In this document: one piece after another, positions 40,045-49,681 of the stretch
How the letters are laid out: every line of letters begins with the position of its first letter
Position numbering within the stretch: position 1 is the first letter of the stretch
NCBI GenBank assembly: GCA_045562575.1
Contig: JBJKVQ010000040.1
Location: 3,791 to 67,790 of the forward strand
Length of the DNA: 64,000 nucleotides
Direction of reading: 5' to 3'
Source of the DNA: Dehalococcoidia bacterium
GTDB lineage: Bacteria > Chloroflexota > Dehalococcoidia > Lucifugimonadales > UBA6952
Translations under genes and position numbers: made by a program
The notes under the pieces: model-generated
The model's input: the letters and a program-made list of their open reading frames with translations, nothing else
What the model was told of the DNA's origin: nothing
The model's database searches: none

Positions 40045-41265
40045 TTAAATAAACTCATTGTCTGAGGTTTTTAATACACCTTTTTCCTCTAAATCAATAA
40101 TTGTTTTATCATCATAATTTAACCATTCATTTAATATACTTTTTGTGTGTTCTCCAACAACAAATGCTCTCTTACTAACATCTGCAGGAGTTCTGGAAAG
40201 CCTGACAGGAGTATTTGACACCTTAACCTGTTGTTCCTTTTCACCGGGAACAGGTAACGAAACAATTGAATTTCGCGCTTTTATATGTGGATCTTCAATC
40301 ATATCTTCTAAATTATTTATAGGCCCAGAAACTGCTATGCCATCTAATACCTCTATCCAATGTTGGGTCGTTTGTTTTTTTAATGCCTTTGTCAATATTG
40401 GTTCCAAAACACCATGATTTTGTGTTCTTTTTTCTCCAGTATTAAATCGATCATCAGTTGCTAATTCTTCCAATCCCAAAATGAAACAAAATGCCTCCCA
40501 GTCTCTTAATCCTGCTATACATATATATCCGTTGGCTGTTTCAAACGTTTGAAAAGGAGTTATTAAAGGATGCCTTGTACCAATTCTTTGAGGTATCTGA
40601 CCTGTTATAGAATATCTAATAATTGCATTTTCTAAGTTGTAAATCACACTCTCAACCATACTTACATCTATTTTCTGACCTTTACCACTCCTATCTCTTT
40701 CATAAAGAGCAGATAGTATACCCAAAGCCATATATGTACCACCAAAAGTATCTCCAACTGAAGTACCGACACGCATAGGTCTGCCGTCTGGTTCTCCAGT
40801 TATACTCATTAGACCACTAAATCCTTGAGCAATAACATCAAATGCTCCTTGTTGAGCCCTTGGTCCAGTTTGACCATATCCTGAACATGAAGCATATATC
40901 AATCCTGGATTGGTACCCTCAAATTGTTCATACTCAAGCCCTAATTTTTCCATAACACCGACAGAAAAGTTTTCTGTAACAACATCTGCTTTATTTATTA
41001 AGTCTTTTACAATTTGTAAACCCTTGGGATCTTTCAAATCGACTTGTATGGATTTTTTACCTCGCTCTAAGGAATATCTATAGGAACTTATTCCATTAAC
41101 ATAGGGACCATCACCTCTATTACTATCTGTTGCAGTAATTCTTTCCACATGAATCACCTCAGCACCTAAGTCACACAAAATCATAGTCCCGAATGGTCCT
41201 GCTAACCAATGAGTGAAATCAATAATTTTCACTCCTTCTAATGGTCCTGCCATATTGCCCTCCAT
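40045..41265 (-). CDS. family III CoA-transferase (CaiB/BaiF type)
   Basis: GPLEGVKIIDFTHWLAGPFGTMILCDLGAEVIHVE N-terminal signature. Met5 (41253) is a possible alternative start. Confidence 0.85.
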   Translation of the reverse strand: MEGNMAGPLEGVKIIDFTHWLAGPFGTMILCDLGAEVIHVERITATDSNRGDGPYVNGISSYRYSLERGKKSIQVDLKDPKGLQIVKDLINKADVVTENFSVGVMEKLGLEYEQFEGTNPGLIYASCSGYGQTGPRAQQGAFDVIAQGFSGLMSITGEPDGRPMRVGTSVGDTFGGTYMALGILSALYERDRSGKGQKIDVSMVESVIYNLENAIIRYSITGQIPQRIGTRHPLITPFQTFETANGYICIAGLRDWEAFCFILGLEELATDDRFNTGEKRTQNHGVLEPILTKALKKQTTQHWIEVLDGIAVSGPINNLEDMIEDPHIKARNSIVSLPVPGEKEQQVKVSNTPVRLSRTPADVSKRAFVVGEHTKSILNEWLNYDDKTIIDLEEKGVLKTSDNEFI

Positions 41266-41355
41266 TTAAATTAAATATAATCTATTTTTCGTACTGAAAT
41301 ACTTAATGTAAACATATATAATCAAATAATATCGTATGAAAGAAAATACAATTCC

Positions 41356-42411
41356 ATGTATGAAAATATATTACGCCCAATACTATTTAAATTGCCTCCA
41401 GAAAAAGCGCAATCTTTTGCTGACTTTTTTTTGAAGCGACAGTTTATCTGGGAAGTATATCATTCATTTCAAAAAACGTCTGATCCACGCTTGCAAATTC
41501 CTTATACCAACAATCAGAATCTACCCTCTCCTTTAGGTTTTGCAGCTGGATATGATAAAGATTGTGAATTTTTAACACCATTACTTTTATTAGGATTTGG
41601 ATACGTAATTGGAGGAACTATTGTTAACTCCCCAAGATATGGTAATGAAAAACCTAGGATTGCTAGAAATATAAAAGAAGAGTCTTTAATTAATGCTTTA
41701 GGATTTCCTTCTAAAGGTAAACCTTATGTAACAAATTTGCTTCAAAAATATCAAAAGAAATTACCGAAAAGGTCAAATTTAGGCAAAATAATGCTAAGTA
41801 TATCAGGCCTAAATCATGAAGATTTATTATCATGCCATTCAGATATACAACCGTACACTGATTTTCTAGAAATAAATATTAGCTCACCAAATACAAGCAA
41901 TATAAAAATCTTTCAAGAACATGAGAATTTAGAAAAATTATTAAATGCACTCGACAAACAAAAACCTCTTTTTCTAAAACTTCCTCCGTATGCGTCAAAT
42001 GAAGAAAAAAAATTAGTTTTCACCCTAATTAAAACTGCTATTTCTTGCGGAATCGATGGGTTCACCATTGCAAATACAAAGCCCACTAATGATAATCGTC
42101 TCGCAGTGGGAAAAGGAGGCATGAGTGGAAAGCCTTTATTACCCCAAACTATTCACATGATCAAAGAAATCCGATCAGAGTTTGGATACGACTTCATCAT
42201 TAATGGATGTGGGGGTATTTCAAATGCTTATGATTTACTATCAGTGTTACATGCAGGAGCTAATACGGGTCAATTACTTACATCATTTATTTATAAAGGT
42301 CCGAATGTTGCCAATAATATAAATCGTAATCTAGTGAGATTAATTGAAAAAACTGGGTCTGAAAACATTACAGAACTAGTGCAACAATATTCTAAATTAG
42401 ATAAATTATAA
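41356..42411 (+). CDS. pyrD: dihydroorotate dehydrogenase (class 2-like)
   Basis: GFAAGYDKD, GGMSGKPL and NGCGGISNAYD blocks. Confidence 0.8.
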   Translation: MYENILRPILFKLPPEKAQSFADFFLKRQFIWEVYHSFQKTSDPRLQIPYTNNQNLPSPLGFAAGYDKDCEFLTPLLLLGFGYVIGGTIVNSPRYGNEKPRIARNIKEESLINALGFPSKGKPYVTNLLQKYQKKLPKRSNLGKIMLSISGLNHEDLLSCHSDIQPYTDFLEINISSPNTSNIKIFQEHENLEKLLNALDKQKPLFLKLPPYASNEEKKLVFTLIKTAISCGIDGFTIANTKPTNDNRLAVGKGGMSGKPLLPQTIHMIKEIRSEFGYDFIINGCGGISNAYDLLSVLHAGANTGQLLTSFIYKGPNVANNINRNLVRLIEKTGSENITELVQQYSKLDKL

Positions 42412-42440
42412 ATGACATAAAATTTAATATTTAGATTTAG

Positions 42441-42469
42441 TTGAATACAATCTTTTTGATTGTTACACT
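42441..42469 (+). promoter_or_regulatory. promoter of tRNA-Val(GAC) (and possibly dnaE)
   Basis: TTGAAT (42441-42446), 17 nt spacer, TGtTACACT (42461-42469), 11 nt upstream of the tRNA 5' end. Confidence 0.5.
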
Positions 42470-42480
42470 GTCGAGAAACC

Positions 42481-42554
42481 GGGCGGTTAGCTCAGTTGGT
42501 TAGAGCGTCGCGTTGACATCGCGGAGGTCAGTGGTTCGAGCCCACTACCGCCCA
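42481..42554 (+). tRNA. tRNA-Val (anticodon GAC)
   Basis: The cloverleaf was folded by hand. Acceptor GGGCGGT/ACCGCCC, D arm GCTC-AGTTGGTTA-GAGC, anticodon loop TTGACAT, T arm AGTGG-TTCGAGC-CCACT. No encoded CCA. Confidence 0.9.
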
Positions 42555-42575
42555 TTTAAATAATTTTTTTGAGTA

Positions 42576-45500
42576 ATGAAACCATTTAGTCACTTACACG
42601 TACATACTGAATATAGTTTATTAGACGGCTTAAGTCGTATAAAACCATTTAGTCACGGAACTTCCCTGATTGAAAAGGTAAAAAAAGAATCCATGGACCA
42701 TATTGCAATAACTGATCATGGGAATCTTTATGGAATTATCGACTTTTACAGAGAATCTATTCGAGAGAACATCAAACCAATTATTGGTTGTGAGGTATAT
42801 GTAGCCCGTGAAAGTATGCAAATAAAAAATGCTACAGAAAAAAGTCCTTACCACTTAACACTTCTTGCAAAAAATAATACCGGATATAAAAATCTCATAA
42901 AACTCGTATCTAAAGGGCATCTTGAAGGATTTTACTACAAACCTAGAGTAGATAAAAAACTTTTAGAAGAATTTGGAGAAGGTATTATCGCTCTTTCTGG
43001 CTGCCCAAACAGTCAGCTTTCTCAAGCAATTGTAGCGAATGATTTTGCACAAGCAAAAAATATTGCTGAATGGCATAATAACGTCTTTGACGACTTCTAT
43101 TTAGAACTACAAGATCATAGATTTGTAGACAATTTAGAATCTATCAACAAAGGTCTAATAAATTTGAATAAAGATTTAAATCTTCCTCTTGTTCTTACAA
43201 ATGATTCTCACTATGTTGAAAAAACAGATTCCGAAATTCAAGACCTTATGATTTGTATACAAACGAATACAAATATTATGGATGGCAAAAGGTTACGAAT
43301 GGAAGATCAGACATATCACATTCGTTCAAGTCAAGAAATGTCTACTTTATTTCCAGAATTCCCCCAAGCATATGAAAACACCTGGAAAATTGGTGAAATG
43401 TGTGATGTAACTATCGACTTTGATAAAGTTTATCTTCCTGAATTTCCAACACCAAACAAACAAGATGCTTTTGAATACTTAACTGAATTATGTATGGATG
43501 GTATTAATAGAAGAATACCAAATTACGATTCTACATATCGCGAGAGGTTAGAATATGAATTAAATGTTATTAAAACTGCACAATTTGCTAACTACTTTCT
43601 GGTTGTCTGGGATATTGCAAAAGAAACAAGAAGGAAGAATATACTTTTTGGAGTTCGTGGAAGTGCTGCTGCCAGTTTAGTTTTATATGTTTTAGGAATA
43701 ACAGATATTGACCCTATATCATACAGACTGGTGTTTGAACGTTTCTTAAATTACGAACGTAAGGAAATGCCTGATATTGATATGGATTTCCAAGATGATA
43801 GACGTGATGAAATATTACAATATGTATGTGAAAAATATGGCTCTGATCATGTAGCCCAAATAATTACCTTTGGAACACTTAGGGCCAAAGCTGCATTGCG
43901 TGATACAGGTAGAGCTTTAGGTATGCCCTACGGAGATGTTGATCAAGTAGCAAAATTAATTCCATTTGGTGTTAACTCTTTGGACGAAGCAGTATCTTCA
44001 ATCAAAGAAATCGAAATGTTGAAAGATTCAGATAATAATATAAAAAACCTTATCGAAAAAGCCCAAAAACTCGAAGGTGTTGTAAGAAATGCAGGTACGC
44101 ATGCAGCAGCAGTAGTTATCTCTAAAGAACCACTCACTGAAATAATTCCTCTACAAAATGCACCTCGTAAAACTGATACAGATGTTCCAGTTACACAATT
44201 TTCAATGGGACCAATCGGAGACCTAGGCCTTTTAAAAATGGATTTTTTGGGGCTAGGTAATCTTTCTATTTTAAGTAAAACAATCGAAATAATTAAAAAG
44301 ACTAAAGGTATCGATCTTTCTTTGCCAGCAATTGAAATAGATAATCAAGCTGCATTTGATTTATTAGGATCTGGAGAAACTACTGGAATATTCCAACTTG
44401 AAAGCTCGGGAATGAGGCGTTATATAAAAGACCTTAAACCTAATTCCATTGCAGAAATTTCTGCCATGATTGCTTTATATAGACCTGGTCCTATGGAACA
44501 TATAGAAACATTTATCAAAACTAAACATGGTGAAATAGAAGTACAGTATATTGATGAAATATTGAAAGATATTTTGGAGGAAACCTACGGGATTATTGTT
44601 TATCAAGATCAAGTACTCCTCATTGTGCAGGCTCTTGCAGGATATAGCCTTGGTGAAGCTGATATATTCAGAAAAGCCATGGGTAAAAAGGTACAAGAAA
44701 TTATGGTCTCCGAACGGGTAAAATTTATTGATGGTGCTTTGGCGAAAGGACATAATAAAGAATTAGCTGAAAAAGTTTTTGATTTAATTGAACCATTTGC
44801 AGGATATGCATTCAATAAAGCACACAGTGTAAGTTATGCAATGATTGCTTATTGGACAGCATATTTCAAAGCAAACTATCCAGTTGAGTATATGACCGCT
44901 CTTCTTAATTCTAATTTAGGTAATACTGAAAAGATATCAAACACCATCGACGAATGCGTTAGACTACGAATTCCTGTTCTTGCTCCTGATATCAATAAAA
45001 GTGGAGTTACCTTTCAAGTAGAGCATGATCAAAATAATATTCCATCTATTCGATTTGGTCTTGGCTCTATAAAAAATGTTGGATTTAAACCAGCAGAATC
45101 TTTGATTGAATGGCGAAATGAAAATCATGAATATGAAAATCTCGAAGAATTGTGTAAACACGGGAATGTTCATTCTATAAATAAAAGAATTTTAGAAAGC
45201 TTAGTCAAAGTAGGAACCTTCGACAACCTAGAAAAAAGAGAGTCAATACTTGCTAGTTTGGACAGAATTGTTTCAATGAGTCAAGAACAACATCGTCTAA
45301 ATGAATCTGGACAAACAACTATGTTTGATCTTTTTGAAACTGAAGTTGCACGCCCTTTAAATGCAATTTATTTAATTGAAGGAGAACCTATAAGCAATAC
45401 TGAAATTAATGAATGGGAGCAAGAATTACTTGGAAAAGTATTAACCAATAATCCATTACTAGAACTAGCTACTATGAATAATCATAGAATACATGTGTTT

Positions 45501-46241
45501 AAAGGTTACCTTGAAGGGAAAAATAATAAAACTCTTAGCATAGCTGGACAGATAAAGAGTATTACCTATCGGTTTAATAATTATGATCAGGAATATGCGT
45601 CATGCGAAATTAGTATGTTGGGTGGAGAGATAGAGGTATACATAAGTCAAAAACTTCTTGAAATATATAAACCTATCCTTGTGAATAATTCATATCTTTT
45701 AGTAACAGGGAAGCTAAGAGAAAGTGAACGAAGAGATGATTTTTATAGTATTAGAAGTAGTGATCTTCAATTGATTACCACTGTAGAAAATTTAAAAATA
45801 CCGCAATTATCTATTGATAAAACCACAAATAGTACTACAACAAAAACTAATGGAAACGGTACTAAAGAAATGGATGATACAGTACCTCACATAGCGATAT
45901 CTAATGGAAAAACACCTAAAGAAACGAATGGAACTATGAATCACCCTACAAATTCAAACGGAAATATACAAAAAGAAACAAATAATAACTCGTTTCTCGA
46001 AATTAATTTTACAGAATCTACTGATCCACATTTAGATAATAAAATACTAGAATCAATCAAAAATGTTTTACTTGAATCTCAGGGAGATCTGGACATTCAT
46101 TTTGCATTTACTTCCCAAAACAAAGTGACTAAAATCAAAATGCCTGAAGCTTTTTCAATTGAAAATAATGAAAATAACTTTGCAAAATTAAATGAAATAC
46201 TCACTCCATACGGAGGAACGATTAATTTGGTAAAAGCTTAA
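42576..46241 (+). CDS. dnaE: DNA polymerase III alpha subunit
   Basis: PHP motifs HLHVHTEYSLLDG and ITDHGNLYG, plus the polymerase core PDIDMDF. 1221 aa with a low-complexity N/T/K-rich C-terminal extension. Confidence 0.95.
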   Translation: MKPFSHLHVHTEYSLLDGLSRIKPFSHGTSLIEKVKKESMDHIAITDHGNLYGIIDFYRESIRENIKPIIGCEVYVARESMQIKNATEKSPYHLTLLAKNNTGYKNLIKLVSKGHLEGFYYKPRVDKKLLEEFGEGIIALSGCPNSQLSQAIVANDFAQAKNIAEWHNNVFDDFYLELQDHRFVDNLESINKGLINLNKDLNLPLVLTNDSHYVEKTDSEIQDLMICIQTNTNIMDGKRLRMEDQTYHIRSSQEMSTLFPEFPQAYENTWKIGEMCDVTIDFDKVYLPEFPTPNKQDAFEYLTELCMDGINRRIPNYDSTYRERLEYELNVIKTAQFANYFLVVWDIAKETRRKNILFGVRGSAAASLVLYVLGITDIDPISYRLVFERFLNYERKEMPDIDMDFQDDRRDEILQYVCEKYGSDHVAQIITFGTLRAKAALRDTGRALGMPYGDVDQVAKLIPFGVNSLDEAVSSIKEIEMLKDSDNNIKNLIEKAQKLEGVVRNAGTHAAAVVISKEPLTEIIPLQNAPRKTDTDVPVTQFSMGPIGDLGLLKMDFLGLGNLSILSKTIEIIKKTKGIDLSLPAIEIDNQAAFDLLGSGETTGIFQLESSGMRRYIKDLKPNSIAEISAMIALYRPGPMEHIETFIKTKHGEIEVQYIDEILKDILEETYGIIVYQDQVLLIVQALAGYSLGEADIFRKAMGKKVQEIMVSERVKFIDGALAKGHNKELAEKVFDLIEPFAGYAFNKAHSVSYAMIAYWTAYFKANYPVEYMTALLNSNLGNTEKISNTIDECVRLRIPVLAPDINKSGVTFQVEHDQNNIPSIRFGLGSIKNVGFKPAESLIEWRNENHEYENLEELCKHGNVHSINKRILESLVKVGTFDNLEKRESILASLDRIVSMSQEQHRLNESGQTTMFDLFETEVARPLNAIYLIEGEPISNTEINEWEQELLGKVLTNNPLLELATMNNHRIHVFKGYLEGKNNKTLSIAGQIKSITYRFNNYDQEYASCEISMLGGEIEVYISQKLLEIYKPILVNNSYLLVTGKLRESERRDDFYSIRSSDLQLITTVENLKIPQLSIDKTTNSTTTKTNGNGTKEMDDTVPHIAISNGKTPKETNGTMNHPTNSNGNIQKETNNNSFLEINFTESTDPHLDNKILESIKNVLLESQGDLDIHFAFTSQNKVTKIKMPEAFSIENNENNFAKLNEILTPYGGTINLVKA

Positions 46242-46274
46242 AATTTATTACTTACTTATAAAGGGGGGATTATT

Positions 46275-46934
46275 ATGATTTCAAAGTCATTAACGGGATG
46301 GATGTTAATTTTAGGACCTATAGCAGGAGTTATTTTAATTTTTCTTGAACCAAGTGCTGCAAGTGAAGATTTTGCTGTTAATATTCAAGCAAGTTTGGAC
46401 AATCCTACTTTAGCACGAGTAACTGCAATAGGAATTACCGTAGCAATATCAACCATTTTCATTGGTACTATATTTTTTGCACGTTCAATGGCAGAAGCTC
46501 AAAAGCCTGGGTCTAATCTCGCTGCAATTGGTTCTATTCTAGTTCTTTTTTCAGCAGTTGCATTTTCAATATCCTCCGCAATCCATTTGATGATATTACA
46601 ACCCTCGTTCGTAACAAATGGCGGAAATAGCGTTCAAGCGTATGCTATTGCCGAAGCTATCTTTAACGGAACATTTTTGATAAGCGGCTCATATTTATTA
46701 CTAATTGGAATTGCAATAGTCAAACAACAGAACCTAAACCAAATAGCAGGATGGATTGCTGCATTATTTGGAACATGCCTTTTAATAGGTACGATACTAC
46801 CTGCTGGAGATCCTGGTCTCGAATCAACAACAACTGTTGGTGCTGTAGCAGGAATGTTATGGTTTATTGGATTCCTTGGTTGGCCTATTATTACACTAGC
46901 GATAGGTATCCTAGTATTAAGATCAACTGATTAG
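46275..46934 (+). CDS. hypothetical integral membrane protein (about 6 TM)
   Basis: 219-aa hydrophobic ORF with a GGGGG-type SD upstream. Confidence 0.6.
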   Translation: MISKSLTGWMLILGPIAGVILIFLEPSAASEDFAVNIQASLDNPTLARVTAIGITVAISTIFIGTIFFARSMAEAQKPGSNLAAIGSILVLFSAVAFSISSAIHLMILQPSFVTNGGNSVQAYAIAEAIFNGTFLISGSYLLLIGIAIVKQQNLNQIAGWIAALFGTCLLIGTILPAGDPGLESTTTVGAVAGMLWFIGFLGWPIITLAIGILVLRSTD

Positions 46935-46993
46935 ATCAAACACTAATAAGATCATACTACATGTGAATCTTGCAAATTATATAGGAGGATATA

Positions 46994-48115
46994 ATGGCAA
47001 ATACAGGTTTATCAGCAGTTTGGCATGATGAGGGAAATAAGTTTGAGATTCGAGAATTTCCAGTACCGGAAATAGAAGACAATGGTGTGAGTATACGGGT
47101 ACAAGCAACTAGTGTATGTGGATCAGATTTGCACGTTTGGAGAGGTGATGGAAGAACTGCCCAAGATACTCCAAGAGATCCTTTTGTATTTGGACACGAA
47201 ATGATGGGATCTGTAGCAGGACTTGGTAAAAATATAACCACAGATTCTTTAAGAAATCCTCTCAAAGAAGGTGATAGGGTAGTATTCAGTTATTTCTTTC
47301 CTTGTATGCGTTGTTATAACTGCATTAGGGGGGAAATGGGAGCATGTAAATTTAGAATGGGAAGAATTCCTGTCAATGAATGGCCCGTATGTAATGGTGG
47401 ATTTGCTCAATACTATTACTTGAGAAGTCCTCAATTTCTGTTTAAACTTCCTGATGAAATAGATGACGCAACCGCTGCTCCTATCAATTGTGCGTTAGCC
47501 CAAGTTATGGAGGCTTTTCACATAGCAAAACCACGATTTGGAGACAATGTTGTTATACAAGGTGCTGGAGGATTAGGTGTTAATGCTACGGCAGTTGCGG
47601 CTGAAATGGGTGCAAACAAAATCATTGTCATAGATGGACAAAAACCACGATTAGATCTTGCAAAACAATGTGGCGCAACAGACATTATTAATCTTACTGA
47701 TTATCCGACAGTAGAGTCTAGAGTAGAAAGAGTTATGGAACTCACAAATGGTATAGGTGCAGATATTGTTATAGAACTTGTTGGTTTTCCTGCAGCAGTA
47801 GAAGAAGGTGTTCAAATGTGTAGAATGCGAGGAACTTACCTTGAAGTAGGTCATATTTCTCCAAATAGTATGGTATCTCTTGATGTTCAAAAATTAGTAG
47901 CAAATCAAATTAGATTTCATGCGATACAACATTATGATCCATGGATACTTCCAAATGCAGTAAACTTTGTTCAGAAAACCTTAGGTAAATATCCGTTGAC
48001 TGATGTAATATCTCATAAATTCCCGATCGAAGATATTGAAAATGCCTTTCGAACAGCAGAATGGTTAGGAACAGATAAAGGAAGTGTTGTTACGCGAGCA
48101 ATTGTAACACCATAA
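46994..48115 (+). CDS. zinc-dependent alcohol dehydrogenase (MDR superfamily)
   Basis: CGSDLH, GHEMMGSV, structural-Zn CMRCYNCIRGEMGAC, and NAD motif GAGGLG. Confidence 0.85.
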   Translation: MANTGLSAVWHDEGNKFEIREFPVPEIEDNGVSIRVQATSVCGSDLHVWRGDGRTAQDTPRDPFVFGHEMMGSVAGLGKNITTDSLRNPLKEGDRVVFSYFFPCMRCYNCIRGEMGACKFRMGRIPVNEWPVCNGGFAQYYYLRSPQFLFKLPDEIDDATAAPINCALAQVMEAFHIAKPRFGDNVVIQGAGGLGVNATAVAAEMGANKIIVIDGQKPRLDLAKQCGATDIINLTDYPTVESRVERVMELTNGIGADIVIELVGFPAAVEEGVQMCRMRGTYLEVGHISPNSMVSLDVQKLVANQIRFHAIQHYDPWILPNAVNFVQKTLGKYPLTDVISHKFPIEDIENAFRTAEWLGTDKGSVVTRAIVTP

Positions 48116-48119
48116 ATAT

Positions 48120-49136
48120 ATGAATACCGGTAAGTTACCAAATGACCTTATGAATAAACTGCTTGCCAAAATTCACTCAAATGACCCACGAGTTATTCTT
48201 GGTCCTGCCTTGGGTGAAGATGCAGCAATCATTTCGATGAAAAATCGAAACCTAGTTGTAAGTAGTGACCCAATAACGTTCACGACAGCCAATATAGGTT
48301 GGTACTCTGTTCATATCAATGCTAATGACATAGCTACAAGAGGAGCAAAACCCCTTTGGTTTTTATCAACTATATTAGCTCCTACAGATACAAATGAGTC
48401 AACTATTGAAAATGTGATTTCAGAAATTAAAGAAACCTGTAACGCATTAAATATCGAACTCGTTGGGGGTCACACTGAAATTACAGAAAGTGTTACTAAC
48501 CTAATTGTATCTGGGACCATGTTGGGAGAAACAATTAATGACACTATTCTTCGTACTTCTAATATTAATTCGGGTGATTCTATACTGATTACCAAGCAAA
48601 TTGGTATCGAAGGTACAGGTGTTTTAGCTCATGAATACGAAAACACATTACTAAAATCTGGAATGGATAAAACATTAATTCAGGAAGCTAAAAACTTTAT
48701 ATTTGACCCTGGTTTAAGCATAATTAATGAAGCTTTATTCTCCATGGAAAATTTCCAGATAAAATGTATGCATGATCCAACTGAAGGTGGTTTATCAACT
48801 GCACTTATAGAGCTAAGTGAGGCTATAAATAAAAAATTTATCCTTGATGAAAAAAATATCCCAATTTCATCAATAACCAAAGAAATATGTAACCTTCTGA
48901 ATATTAATCCTCTAGGAATCCTATCTTCAGGGTGTTTGCTCATTTTTTGTGAAAGTTCGAGTGCAATAACGTTACAACAATCATTAGAAACAAATAATAT
49001 TCCAACTTCTATAATAGGAAAAGTAGTAGAAGGGAATGGAGTGCATCTTATAGAAAATGAAGTAGAAACACCTATGCCAAAATTTGATAGAGATGAAATT
49101 GCACGATATATATCAGAAACTTCAACAGACATTTAA
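48120..49136 (+). CDS. AIR synthase-related (PurM/ThiL/HypE-superfamily) protein
   Basis: LGEDAAII..., SSDPITF and GGHTEIT blocks. It lacks the C-terminal Cys motif of true HypE. Confidence 0.65.
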   Translation: MNTGKLPNDLMNKLLAKIHSNDPRVILGPALGEDAAIISMKNRNLVVSSDPITFTTANIGWYSVHINANDIATRGAKPLWFLSTILAPTDTNESTIENVISEIKETCNALNIELVGGHTEITESVTNLIVSGTMLGETINDTILRTSNINSGDSILITKQIGIEGTGVLAHEYENTLLKSGMDKTLIQEAKNFIFDPGLSIINEALFSMENFQIKCMHDPTEGGLSTALIELSEAINKKFILDEKNIPISSITKEICNLLNINPLGILSSGCLLIFCESSSAITLQQSLETNNIPTSIIGKVVEGNGVHLIENEVETPMPKFDRDEIARYISETSTDI

Positions 49137-49148
49137 TTAAAGGAAATT

Positions 49149-49463
49149 ATGCCATATAGCTACTCAGATATTGTTTATATATTAAATATAATACCTAAAA
49201 GAGATAAACCTGAATTAATTAAATGTATCGTAGATATAAGTAATAATACGACAGATGATAAAGAAAAAAATTCTAATTATGTTTACGAGAATTGGAATGA
49301 ATTTATAAAAACCTTACATAAAAAACTTTATCAACCAGATCCCAATTTACGATCAAGTGTTCCATGGGGAGTTTTGCAAGAAGATGAAGTATTGATTGAA
49401 ATTGAAAAATTAATTGGCATGGAATTTACCCATAAACAAATAGGCGATTTACAAAATATCTAA
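49149..49463 (+). CDS. hypothetical protein
   Basis: 104-aa ORF with AAGGAA upstream. No motif recognised. Confidence 0.45.
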   Translation: MPYSYSDIVYILNIIPKRDKPELIKCIVDISNNTTDDKEKNSNYVYENWNEFIKTLHKKLYQPDPNLRSSVPWGVLQEDEVLIEIEKLIGMEFTHKQIGDLQNI

Positions 49464-49485
49464 ATAAATACGTTATAATAATTGT

Positions 49486-49656
49486 ATGAAAATAACTACA
49501 CCTTGCAGAAATGTATGTAAATATGACAAAACAGACACATATTGTATAGGTTGCTACAGAACAATTAATGAAATAGCTCAATGGATGATACTCTCTGAAG
49601 AAAAACGTATAGAGATTATGCGTCTATTGCCTAAAAGAAAAAAACAACTTAAGTAA
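49486..49656 (+). CDS. DUF1289-like small Cys-rich protein
   Basis: 56-aa ORF not in the track: MKITTPCRNVCKYDKTDTYCIGCYRTINEIAQWMILSEEKRIEIMRLLPKRKKQLK*. The C-x3-C-x8-C-x2-C...W pattern is typical of DUF1289. Confidence 0.65.
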   Translation: MKITTPCRNVCKYDKTDTYCIGCYRTINEIAQWMILSEEKRIEIMRLLPKRKKQLK

Positions 49657-49681
49657 TAAATAAGGTAATGGAGAATTAATT

